Origin: Myxococcota bacterium
Lineage (GTDB): Bacteria > Myxococcota_A > Polyangia > JAAYKL01
NCBI GenBank assembly: GCA_028278265.1
Contig: JANQET010000041.1
Coordinates: forward strand, 18,702 to 82,701
Length of the DNA stretch: 64,000 bases
Direction of reading: 5' to 3'
Part shown: positions 56,221 to 64,000 of the stretch, one piece after another
How positions within the stretch are numbered: the first letter of the stretch is position 1
Layout: each line of letters begins with the position of its first letter
Notes under the pieces: model-generated
The model's input: only the letters and a program-made list of their open reading frames with translations
What the model was told of the DNA's origin: nothing
The model's database searches: none
Made by a program: the position numbers and the translations under genes

Positions 56221-57669
56221 ATGTCCAACAATCATCAGAACGATAAATCCTCAGTTGTGAATCGCCGTGGGTTTCTGAAACTGTCGGGTACGGCCGCAGT
56301 GGTGGCAGGTGGTATCGTCGGGGGATGCGGGGGGGCTGTTTTGTCGAGCGGCGCCGGGAAACCGACCTCGATCGCACCGGACGTTGAAGCGGTGACTCCT
56401 GTGGAGGAGGATTCACCGGCTCAGTCCACTCCCGGTATCAAGCAGTATCGCGTATTGGGCAGGACCGGGTTCGAGGTTTCCGATATTTCGATGGGGGGAT
56501 CCCTTTCCGATTCCAATGTGCTGCGCTATGCCTACGATCGAGGTGTCAACCTGGTCGACACAGCCGAGGTTTACGGCAACGGGGACTCCGAGAGAAAAAT
56601 CGGAATGGCGTTACCCGAGATGGATCGCAAGAAGATTTTCGTGGTGACCAAGTTGATCTTGCGACCTGACGACACGGAACAGACCTTGTTCGACCGATTC
56701 ACAAAATGCCAGGAACGTCTCGACACAGAATATGTCGACGCCCTCTACATTCACAATGCGACCCTCGTCAAAGAGGTTTCCCACGAGGCGTTTCATCAAA
56801 CGGCTACCCGGCTCAAGCGAGATGGCAGGTTGCGCTTTATTGGGATTTCGTCTCACGGACCCAGCGACCCGCAGCACGACAGCATGGAGAAAGTCCTCCT
56901 GAGCGCCGTGGAGGATGGGCGTTTCGATCTGATGCTGATGACGTACAACTTTCTCAACGCTCAAGAGGGTGGACGGGTGCTCAACGCCTGTAAAGAGAAG
57001 AACATCGGCACTGTCTGTATGAAAGCCGCAGCCGGCAGAATCGAAATCGACTCGTTCGATCCGGAGAATCCAACGGAAGATCAGCGGCGCCTGTTGGACA
57101 AATATACGAAACGAGGGATGACTCGCGACAAAGCTATTGAAATCATCCAAAAGCGAGTCGATCACGCCACTGCCCAGTGGGAAAAGGACAACCCCGCGGT
57201 GCGCACTTTCATGAGCAAGTACGGTGTCGACGACCAGAGATCCCTCGATCGGGCGAGTCGTCAATGGGTGCTGCAAAATTCGGACATGCATACCCTCTGC
57301 GTCACCATGCCGGATTTCGACTCCATCGACGCGACACTCCCTCTCTCCGGTATCGGGATCTCGCCTCGCCAGGCGGCGATGCTCGACGACTATCGCAGAG
57401 TATTCGGCGGCCGGTACTGTCGACACGGCTGCACCATGTGCGCCCATCTCTGTCCCAAGGGCGTTCGTGTCAGCACAGTGATGCGTTACTTCTATTATTT
57501 TCACAATCAAGGTCGAGAGCGAATGGCGATGGAAAAGTACGCGCGGTTGGACCAGCGCAACGCCGAATCCTGCTGGGACTGTGACGCTCCTTGTCTGGCG
57601 GGTTGCCCGTACAACTTTCAAATTCAAGCCTCGCTGACCAAAGCCCACAATACGCTGTCATTTGCTTAA
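56221..57669 (+). CDS. Tat-exported aldo/keto reductase fused to a C-terminal Fe-S (ferredoxin-like) domain
   Basis: Tat-like NRRGFLKLSGTAAVVAGG. Aldo/keto-reductase core (YAYDRGVNLVDTAEVYGNGDSE, FIGISSHG). C-terminal Cys motifs (CRHGCTMCAHLCPKG, CWDCDAPCLAGCPYN). AAAAGGAG ribosome-binding site upstream. Confidence 0.7.
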   Translation: MSNNHQNDKSSVVNRRGFLKLSGTAAVVAGGIVGGCGGAVLSSGAGKPTSIAPDVEAVTPVEEDSPAQSTPGIKQYRVLGRTGFEVSDISMGGSLSDSNVLRYAYDRGVNLVDTAEVYGNGDSERKIGMALPEMDRKKIFVVTKLILRPDDTEQTLFDRFTKCQERLDTEYVDALYIHNATLVKEVSHEAFHQTATRLKRDGRLRFIGISSHGPSDPQHDSMEKVLLSAVEDGRFDLMLMTYNFLNAQEGGRVLNACKEKNIGTVCMKAAAGRIEIDSFDPENPTEDQRRLLDKYTKRGMTRDKAIEIIQKRVDHATAQWEKDNPAVRTFMSKYGVDDQRSLDRASRQWVLQNSDMHTLCVTMPDFDSIDATLPLSGIGISPRQAAMLDDYRRVFGGRYCRHGCTMCAHLCPKGVRVSTVMRYFYYFHNQGRERMAMEKYARLDQRNAESCWDCDAPCLAGCPYNFQIQASLTKAHNTLSFA

Positions 57670-57760
57670 AAATCACTCGTTAGATGGATGCGGTGTTTTT
57701 TAGAGAAACGGCGGCGGGTACAGTTTGGTTTATACCTGCCGTTGGCTACTCAAGTTAAAG

Positions 57761-58306
57761 TCAAATCCCCGCGGGATTGCTGTGTGCGATGTGAAGGGCG
57801 ATGAATATAAAGAAGGCAATTAGCATCGCCCATATTGCGATAGTATGGCCAGCCCTGAACGTTAAGATTTTGTCAATGTCCTTCAAATGAGCGCACTTGC
57901 TCTGTAAGAGACGATTGAGTTTGTTGGCGCTGACACCGTATGCGGTTGGGTTGACCACAAAAATCTTCTCACCCGAAGCATTGTAGAAATTGTAGTAGAT
58001 GTAGCGACCAGCACCAAAGCCTCCCCTTTCCCGATCCACTCTATCGATATCGCAGAATCGAACTGATTTTTTTCCACGGCGCATCCGATCATGAAAAAAA
58101 ACCAATGCTCCTCCTCTGTATCGAAAGATGAACATCAGCGATAAAAAGATGAGAAATACCGCCGGAACTACCCGATCGGTATCGAGGCGATCGCTGAACA
58201 GAGATCCGCCCAGAATTGCGAGTGCGAGCAACAACGGAGCGACCGGCAACAGCGGTGATGGCCACACCTTGATGTGTGGGTCTTTTTCTGAGAGAGACGG
58301 GTTCAT
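57761..58306 (-). CDS. Small membrane protein, hypothetical
   Basis: MNPSLSEKDPHIKVWPSPLLPVAPLLLALAILGGSLF and a second TM helix (AVFLIFLSLMFIF), followed by a soluble C-terminal domain. Confidence 0.4.
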   Translation of the reverse strand: MNPSLSEKDPHIKVWPSPLLPVAPLLLALAILGGSLFSDRLDTDRVVPAVFLIFLSLMFIFRYRGGALVFFHDRMRRGKKSVRFCDIDRVDRERGGFGAGRYIYYNFYNASGEKIFVVNPTAYGVSANKLNRLLQSKCAHLKDIDKILTFRAGHTIAIWAMLIAFFIFIALHIAHSNPAGI

Positions 58307-58563
58307 TTCGCAATGGTTTCCTGTTTGGCGTGTCGTACGATTCGTCTTCGGCCCTCCGAACACCGTTCCAAGGTGTGGTAGCACTCGCCGACGCCTGCTA
58401 TCTTTTTGATGCGAATTAATACCTTGCGTTTATCGGGCTCGCTCAATCTTCTTGTTCCCCAAAGGGATCTATTTTTATCCCAAAATTTTATTTAATGCAC
58501 CATCCCTCGATTTGAGAATTACGGTTCAAAGGACAACCTGTGGGATTATCGAAGACAAAAAAG

Positions 58564-61272
58564 CTAGTAGTTTCTGAGAAAGCTCGCCACAGCGGATGCC
58601 CGCGCCTTGCGTTCGGCGATGCACAATTCCATGCGCTCCATTGCCTGAGCAAAGATTCGCTGTCCACCGGGCACGGCCTCCACGTGGGGTTTGAACAGGG
58701 TTTCTATTTCTCTTCTCAATGACGCGTCACATTGAACGGCCGGCACATCGGCCAGCTCCAGTCTAGTCTCCTCGGGGGCTCGGTTCGCGATGGTGGTGAG
58801 GTTTTCCCTGACGAATTGGTAGGCCAGTTTGCGGGTGGTGCGATGATCGAGGCTGCCCCATACCAATACCATGGACTCGCGAATGTCGAAATCGTCGGTC
58901 AGCGCGAGCGCCAAAGATCGTCGCGCCAGGCTCGGCTCGCGGAAGCGCGATAGAGCGCGTAACAGCTTCAGGCGATCCTGCCTTTTTGACGTGCGCTTTG
59001 CTTCTTCGTAAAACAAGGTCCACAGTTGCTGGTCACCGTTTTGGGCTGCCGTATTGAGCACCAGATTGACCAGATCCCGATCGACAGTTTTCCGATCGGT
59101 GAGCCACTTTTCGGCGAGCACACGGGCTTGTTTTGTCAGTGCTTTGGCCCCTCCCTGGTTGGCCACCAATTCGAGCAGGTGCTTGCGCAGGATGATGGTG
59201 TCATCGGATTCACCCGGCGCCGAGCGCCAACCCAGCTTTGCCGCCCGTCGGCCGAAGACCTTTCGCACGTACCGCGCGTAGTTGGCGGTCATGTCATCTG
59301 GTACGATCTCGTCCACTTCACGAGCAATGGTGACGGCCCCTTCCACGATGTGTCGGTTTTTGTCCTTTGCCAATCGAACGGCCAGGCGAAGCGCTACCCC
59401 GGAGTCGATCGCACCCGATTTGACGAGCGCGGTCACATCGTCGACCAGACCTACTCGTTCGACCAGGGTCAATTGCTGCTTCCCTTTTGCTAGGAGTCCT
59501 TCTATCAACTCTGTGCTCAACGCGGAGCGATAGTAGCCGGTGTAACCCTCATTGGGCAGTAGCCAGGCCGGACAGCCCTTGGCTTGGGAGAGCTCGAGCG
59601 TGTCAGTCGGCGTCGAGAGCAAGGTGCACTGACGCACGCGGATTTTGCGCACCGGATAGCTCACGCAGACCGGCACCTGCCACACGTGCCGGCGTTCGGC
59701 TTTCGAGCCCAACGGCAGATAGCGTTCCTGTTGCATGGTCAAGACAGGATTGCTCCCTTTCATGCAGGAGAGGGCAAAGGTGATTTGCGGCGAACCGACC
59801 TGCTCGAGAAATGTGGCTGCGGCCTGATGGACTCCAGGCCCTCCGACTCGGCTAATCGCCTCGAGAAAATCTTTTGTCGACGCGTTTTGCCAGGCATGCG
59901 TGTTCAAATAGTTTCGCACCCCACGCTGGAATCGTTCGGCACCCAACCAGGTTTCGAACATGTGCATCACCGCCGCTCCCTTGGAGTAGGTGATGTGGTC
60001 AAATGCATTTTCGATATCGTCCGCGTTGTTAATGGGCTGCCGGATCTGACGGGCGCTGGCCAGACCGTCCAACCGCAACGCCCTGGCGCGCCGATGCACC
60101 ATGGCCACATCTCTGCCCCACTGGGGCCTGAACCGATGGACCATCTTTTCCGTCATCCAGGTGGTCAGCCCTTCGTTGAGCCACAGGTCGTGCCAATATC
60201 CCATGGTGACCATGTTGCCGAACCACATGTGGATCAGCTCGTGAATCGTCACCCGAGCGTAGCGGCGTTTGAAAATCAGCGTCTCATTGGCTTCATTGGC
60301 GAGAATCATTTTTTGCACGTAGGTCACCAGGCCTACGTTCTCCATGGCGCCGAACGATACCGTCAGTGGAATGGCCACCAAATCGAGCTTGGCATAAGGG
60401 TAGGGCATGCCGAAGTACTCCTCGACCAAGCTCAGGATCGGCAGGGTCACCTCCTGCGCATACCGCGCATCCCCGGTTCGCCCCCGCGGTGTCACGATGC
60501 GAACCGGAATGCCGCTCGGCGAATCGCCCAAGTTGACAAATTCGAACGGACCCACGGCAAAGGCAACCAAATAGCTGGGCATCGGCTTGCTCTTGGCGAA
60601 TGTCACCGTGTGCATCCCTGCCGGGTCTTGTTCAATAGCCTGCTGTGGCGTATTGGACAACGCCACCAGATCCTCGGGGATGACTAACGTCAGCTGCCAC
60701 GGCACCTTGCTGTCGGGCTCGTCAAAGCAGGGAAAAGCTCGGCGGGCGTCGGTCGGCTCGAAGTCCGAGAAGAGGTACCAGTCATCCCCCTCTTGCTGGC
60801 GAAACACCCCTCGAGTTTCCCTGCTGCTCGTAAGGCCGGTGTAATCGATGGCAATCGTCACTGAACCGACGGGCAGGGGCAGGGGCGTGCGAAATCCCAC
60901 GAAGTCGTTTTTCTGAGGGAAGACCTCGAGATCCCATTTGCCGGCGGGACTCGTCACCGTTGCTCGAACAACGGTCAGCTCCTGTGCGTTCAACCAAAAG
61001 AAATCGGTCGACTCAATCACCCGGGCGGCAATCTCGATACGGCCGGTAAAGAGTTCCTGCCGGGGATCGAGCACCAACTTGACTCGGTTCGATTCGGGCA
61101 TCACCAGACGGGGCAGACGCAATGCCGGAGCTGCCGGAACTGGCGCAGTCGGCTGGATTTCGGGCGTTGAAGTGGGTTGGGATGTCGGTGCAACCGGCGA
61201 TGGAACCACGGTGCCGGAGCCACAACTCACGCTGCAGGCGGCTATTAGCAGCAGCAGGAAGACTCTCAACAT
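58564..61272 (-). CDS. pepN: Aminopeptidase N (M1 family) lipoprotein
   Basis: Signal/lipobox MLRVFLLLLIAACSVSC. GAMENVG exopeptidase motif. HELIHMWFGNMVTMGYWHDLWLNEG (HEXXH-X18-E) zinc-binding site. Confidence 0.85.
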   Translation of the reverse strand: MLRVFLLLLIAACSVSCGSGTVVPSPVAPTSQPTSTPEIQPTAPVPAAPALRLPRLVMPESNRVKLVLDPRQELFTGRIEIAARVIESTDFFWLNAQELTVVRATVTSPAGKWDLEVFPQKNDFVGFRTPLPLPVGSVTIAIDYTGLTSSRETRGVFRQQEGDDWYLFSDFEPTDARRAFPCFDEPDSKVPWQLTLVIPEDLVALSNTPQQAIEQDPAGMHTVTFAKSKPMPSYLVAFAVGPFEFVNLGDSPSGIPVRIVTPRGRTGDARYAQEVTLPILSLVEEYFGMPYPYAKLDLVAIPLTVSFGAMENVGLVTYVQKMILANEANETLIFKRRYARVTIHELIHMWFGNMVTMGYWHDLWLNEGLTTWMTEKMVHRFRPQWGRDVAMVHRRARALRLDGLASARQIRQPINNADDIENAFDHITYSKGAAVMHMFETWLGAERFQRGVRNYLNTHAWQNASTKDFLEAISRVGGPGVHQAAATFLEQVGSPQITFALSCMKGSNPVLTMQQERYLPLGSKAERRHVWQVPVCVSYPVRKIRVRQCTLLSTPTDTLELSQAKGCPAWLLPNEGYTGYYRSALSTELIEGLLAKGKQQLTLVERVGLVDDVTALVKSGAIDSGVALRLAVRLAKDKNRHIVEGAVTIAREVDEIVPDDMTANYARYVRKVFGRRAAKLGWRSAPGESDDTIILRKHLLELVANQGGAKALTKQARVLAEKWLTDRKTVDRDLVNLVLNTAAQNGDQQLWTLFYEEAKRTSKRQDRLKLLRALSRFREPSLARRSLALALTDDFDIRESMVLVWGSLDHRTTRKLAYQFVRENLTTIANRAPEETRLELADVPAVQCDASLRREIETLFKPHVEAVPGGQRIFAQAMERMELCIAERKARASAVASFLRNY

Positions 61273-61471
61273 GCGCTCTCCTTGTAGTGAAACGTAATCA
61301 TAATGAGTATGAATTGATCAGTCGCCCACGCAAGTCGCGCAGCGCAGGGTGAACTACGCTTTTGAGCTCGTACTGTCGGTGGGAGCGCCCAGGCCTCGAG
61401 ATCGCTACCAGGCGCCTATCGCCTCTGTGCTGACCAAAAACATCACAACGTCCTTTCGAACAAACCAAGCT

Positions 61472-62116
61472 TTAAGGGGCGATGAGAATGCGCTGACCAG
61501 CTATTTTCGCGTGAAGCGGCTTTGAGAGATCGAATGCGCTCAGCAAGGTGAGTGGCAGGTGGAATACTACGGGGTGGTTGAATTGGATTGTCGCACAAAC
61601 CGTGTTGCCGGTGCTCGTCGGGTTGCACAGGGCCAGGGCCGGTCCGGCGCCGTCCAGCTCGACCTGCACGTCGGGTCCGTTGATGCCCGCTTGCTCCAGA
61701 AAAGCGCGCGCTATTCGGGCTCTCCCGTCTTTGCCGATATCGACGAGGCACTCGGTCTTCGCGCTGAGAGCCGATCGTTGATCCTGAATCGAGACCGGTG
61801 GTGTGGCCATTTGGCGTCGCTGGGAGCCGGTGTAGTCCTCTGGATCATCATCATCCAGGTGGTACAAGAAGGTCTGCACCTTTTTGTGCCCATCGGCGAT
61901 GACATCGATCAGGGTGCGCGTGTAGTCCTCGCCGAGATCACCGTTGGAATAGATGTCCCTCACAATCGGTGCCACCTCCCGATGCCGCACCCCCGGCAGG
62001 ACCTTCTTGACCTCGTTCGAGACGTCCAACGCTGTGAACAGGAATCCGTCGTACGTCATCGTGTCGATGACCCTCCGCGTTACCGACTCAATATCGTTGC
62101 CGTCATTTGCCGCCAT
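61472..62116 (-). CDS. Hypothetical protein co-transcribed downstream of the PARP homolog
   Basis: 214 aa with no recognisable motifs (no macro/PARG GGG...QEE signature). A 23-bp gap separates it from the PARP gene stop. Confidence 0.45.
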   Translation of the reverse strand: MAANDGNDIESVTRRVIDTMTYDGFLFTALDVSNEVKKVLPGVRHREVAPIVRDIYSNGDLGEDYTRTLIDVIADGHKKVQTFLYHLDDDDPEDYTGSQRRQMATPPVSIQDQRSALSAKTECLVDIGKDGRARIARAFLEQAGINGPDVQVELDGAGPALALCNPTSTGNTVCATIQFNHPVVFHLPLTLLSAFDLSKPLHAKIAGQRILIAP

Positions 62117-62139
62117 CGGTCATCCTTTCTATGCCGCCA

Positions 62140-63891
62140 CTATCTGTGGACGATCTCCAACATGTGGGTCATTCTCGAGGCGCGTTCGTCGAAGGTTACC
62201 ACCTCATCATGGGAGAGCTGCGGATTGCCGAACGCCTTGGCGTAGATATAGTCCTTGCCCTTTGCGGGGCGTCTTTTGTCCCAACAAGCGGTGAGGTGTA
62301 TCTCGGGAACTCCCAAAGCGAGCTCCTCCAAAAACAGAAAGCCGGCGGTTCCGGCGCTCGCCGGATTCCAATAGGCTCCGGCAATCGAAGTGTAGTTCAT
62401 ACTCTTGAGCGCACCGTTGTAACGGCAGAAGGTTTTGCCCTTCTCTTTTTTGGGCTCTCCCGCGTCCGGCCAGCAGGGCGCGTGATAGATGCCACGGCCG
62501 AATGCCTTGCCGGTAATCTGTACCCCCTTGGGCAGGTTCTCCGGCATCAAGAGACCCGAGCGGGATATGCCCATCAAGTTTTCGGTGCGCGTCCCATGCC
62601 AGCCCGGAATGATGCCGGTGGCGTTTTTCTTCTTGGTCGCAGTGGCGGCATATTTGTCGAAGCCCGTTTTTTCATCCTGGCGCTCCAGCAACCAAGCTCG
62701 GTTGACGCGCAGCTTGCCGAAGAAATTGGAATTCTTGGGCGACTGGCCCTTGTCGAAAAGCGCCATAACCTGTTGGAACATCCCAGAGTCGGGCTCCAGG
62801 AACTCGATGGTGCAATTGAGACCGTCGTACCAAACCTCCACCGGGTCGTCCGCCTGAGATGCCTGGGCGAAAACATCCTTGGCCAGATGGGCGTCCCGCA
62901 GCAGGGTCAAAAATTCCCGCTCTTTTTCAATCCGTTCCATCGTGTTGAGCAAAATGGCGTCAATATCCAGTCGCGAGCCTTTTCTCGCGTGATCGATGTT
63001 TCGCGGAATATTGGAGAGATAGTCGTTGGTCAGCTCGATGAGTTTGTTGCGCGCCGGCTTGCGTTTTTTCTGCAGCAGGGATTCCAGGGTGATCAGGATC
63101 TCGGCGCCGTGGTCGATTTGCGAGTCGTGCAGATTGCCCAGGGGCGCATCTGAAGAAGCTCCAGAAGAGGAGCTCAATCCGGATTTAATCGCCCTGCCGG
63201 TGGCGGTGTACATGGTTTTCAACAGCGAAGCCACCTGCGGATGAAATTCCCTGGTGGATTTGGTTTTCTTTTTTTTGGGCTTGTCGAGCTTGACACCTTT
63301 TTCAATTGCCCGCTGACGCTCATCCTCTTCTGAGCGCATCTCGACCTTGGTGTACCCCTTGGCTATTTTGGCCCGGACCTTTTTGTCGAGCGCTCTTCGC
63401 GCGGCGTCCAGATCAGAAAACGTCTGTTGCTGAACCTGGCCGTCGGTCCCCACCCTGCCGTAGTTGAATGTCACAACGAAGGTGCTGGGGGCCGATTCGA
63501 CTAGGGTGGCTTTGTAGAATTTATTAGAACCAAAACTCGTCGCACCGGTCTTCGCTCCCGATAGGTCAGCCCAGTTGAGGGTGACGTCTTCGATGGTGCC
63601 GGAGTCGCTCTTCTTTGACGCAGTATCTTTCTTCGAGACGGCTTTCTTGGCGGGCGCGTTCTTGGTCGATTTTTTCTTGGCCGAAGCTTTCTTGACCGGG
63701 GCCTTCTTCTTGGCTGGCGCTTTTTTTGCTGCACTCTTCTTGGCTGGCGCTTTTTTCTTTGCCGGGGCTTTCTTTGCTGGGGGCTTCTTGGCCGGAGGCT
63801 TCTTGGCCGCTTTTTTCTTGGCTGTGGCTTTTGTCAAAGCTTTCTTCTTAGCGGTCACCGTCTTTTTTGATTTCTTTTTTGTCTTGGCCAT
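62140..63891 (-). CDS. Bacterial poly(ADP-ribose) polymerase homolog: histone-H1-like Lys/Ala-rich tail + WGR domain + PARP regulatory helical domain + PARP catalytic domain
   Basis: Start [10 protein letters not shown] at 63891 with GGAGG ribosome-binding site. N-terminal ~95 aa of AKK/PAKK repeats. WGR-like block (WADLSG...[28 protein letters not shown]). Catalytic signature WHGTR...[11 protein letters not shown]...FLFLEEL aligns with PARP1 H-G-S / GKGIYFA / E988 (H-Y-E triad). Confidence 0.75.
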   Translation of the reverse strand: MAKTKKKSKKTVTAKKKALTKATAKKKAAKKPPAKKPPAKKAPAKKKAPAKKSAAKKAPAKKKAPVKKASAKKKSTKNAPAKKAVSKKDTASKKSDSGTIEDVTLNWADLSGAKTGATSFGSNKFYKATLVESAPSTFVVTFNYGRVGTDGQVQQQTFSDLDAARRALDKKVRAKIAKGYTKVEMRSEEDERQRAIEKGVKLDKPKKKKTKSTREFHPQVASLLKTMYTATGRAIKSGLSSSSGASSDAPLGNLHDSQIDHGAEILITLESLLQKKRKPARNKLIELTNDYLSNIPRNIDHARKGSRLDIDAILLNTMERIEKEREFLTLLRDAHLAKDVFAQASQADDPVEVWYDGLNCTIEFLEPDSGMFQQVMALFDKGQSPKNSNFFGKLRVNRAWLLERQDEKTGFDKYAATATKKKNATGIIPGWHGTRTENLMGISRSGLLMPENLPKGVQITGKAFGRGIYHAPCWPDAGEPKKEKGKTFCRYNGALKSMNYTSIAGAYWNPASAGTAGFLFLEELALGVPEIHLTACWDKRRPAKGKDYIYAKAFGNPQLSHDEVVTFDERASRMTHMLEIVHR

Positions 63892-64000
63892 AATTGCCTC
63901 CAATAATCTGCGGGCGCTGTTAAAAAGGATTGACAATATCAGTCGCGTCTTTCAAATGATGCCTCGAAACTACTTTCCGAGGCCTGCCTTGTGTTAAATC

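Noticed and set aside
61472-62116. PARG or macro-domain identity for the gene downstream of the PARP homolog
   Set aside because: No GGG-X6-8-QEE PARG signature and no macro-domain Gly-rich loops are visible. Left as a hypothetical protein and flagged for structure-based search.
63575-63997. 140-aa plus-strand ORF rich in FLAGAFF repeats overlapping the PARP 5' end
   Set aside because: It is the antisense reading of the AKK/PAKK repeat-coding DNA (GCC/AAG/AAA periodicity). The Phe/Leu/Ala repeats are an automatic consequence of that, not a real membrane protein.

Overview
High-GC (~62-65%) bacterial chromosomal window. Its content, in particular the sigma-54 activators, multiheme cytochrome c, DsrMK/Hmc-type modules, NifX-like proteins and a MetF/MetV module, suggests a deltaproteobacterium or myxobacterium-like anaerobe or facultative organism. 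I call about 50 protein-coding genes and no rRNA, tRNA, CRISPR array or transposase. Main contents are listed below.

- **Regulators:** three sigma-54 enhancer-binding proteins (one with a periplasmic sensor and HAMP domain, two PAS-type paralogs) and two sigma-54 promoters, both matching the consensus.
- **Hybrid kinase:** a 1563-aa hybrid sensor kinase (beta-propeller, Y_Y_Y, His kinase, receiver) ending in a PP2C/SpoIIE phosphatase domain.
- **Redox operon:** a long minus-strand operon encoding a DsrMKJOP/Hmc-like membrane redox complex. It includes an NrfD-like subunit fused to a hexaheme cytochrome c. It is co-transcribed with a PAS histidine kinase and two receiver proteins.
- **MetF/MetV module:** a MetF/MetV methylene-THF reductase module linked to a membrane cytochrome b and a ferredoxin.
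- **BlaI/BlaR1 pair:** a BlaI/BlaR1-like pair with a textbook double TTACAnnTGTAA operator.
- **Secreted proteins:** an M1 aminopeptidase, a metzincin, and many secreted hypothetical proteins in lower-GC islets.
- **Mobile-looking module:** an XRE-HTH/ImmA(IrrE) peptidase with a DUF4411 PIN-like protein in a low-GC islet.
- **PARP homolog:** a bacterial poly(ADP-ribose) polymerase with WGR, regulatory and catalytic domains and a histone-H1-like KA-repeat N-terminal tail.

The most striking observation is three paralogous secreted thioredoxin-fold proteins, each with one EF-hand loop. Each carries a conserved in-frame TGA in a UxxC-type motif, followed 11-25 nt downstream by a bacterial SECIS-like hairpin with a GUU apical loop. 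These are candidate selenoproteins. One copy lies beside a MarR gene, with a palindromic operator. A fourth in-frame TGA in a VWA lipoprotein lacks such a hairpin and is more likely a nonsense lesion or a sequencing error.
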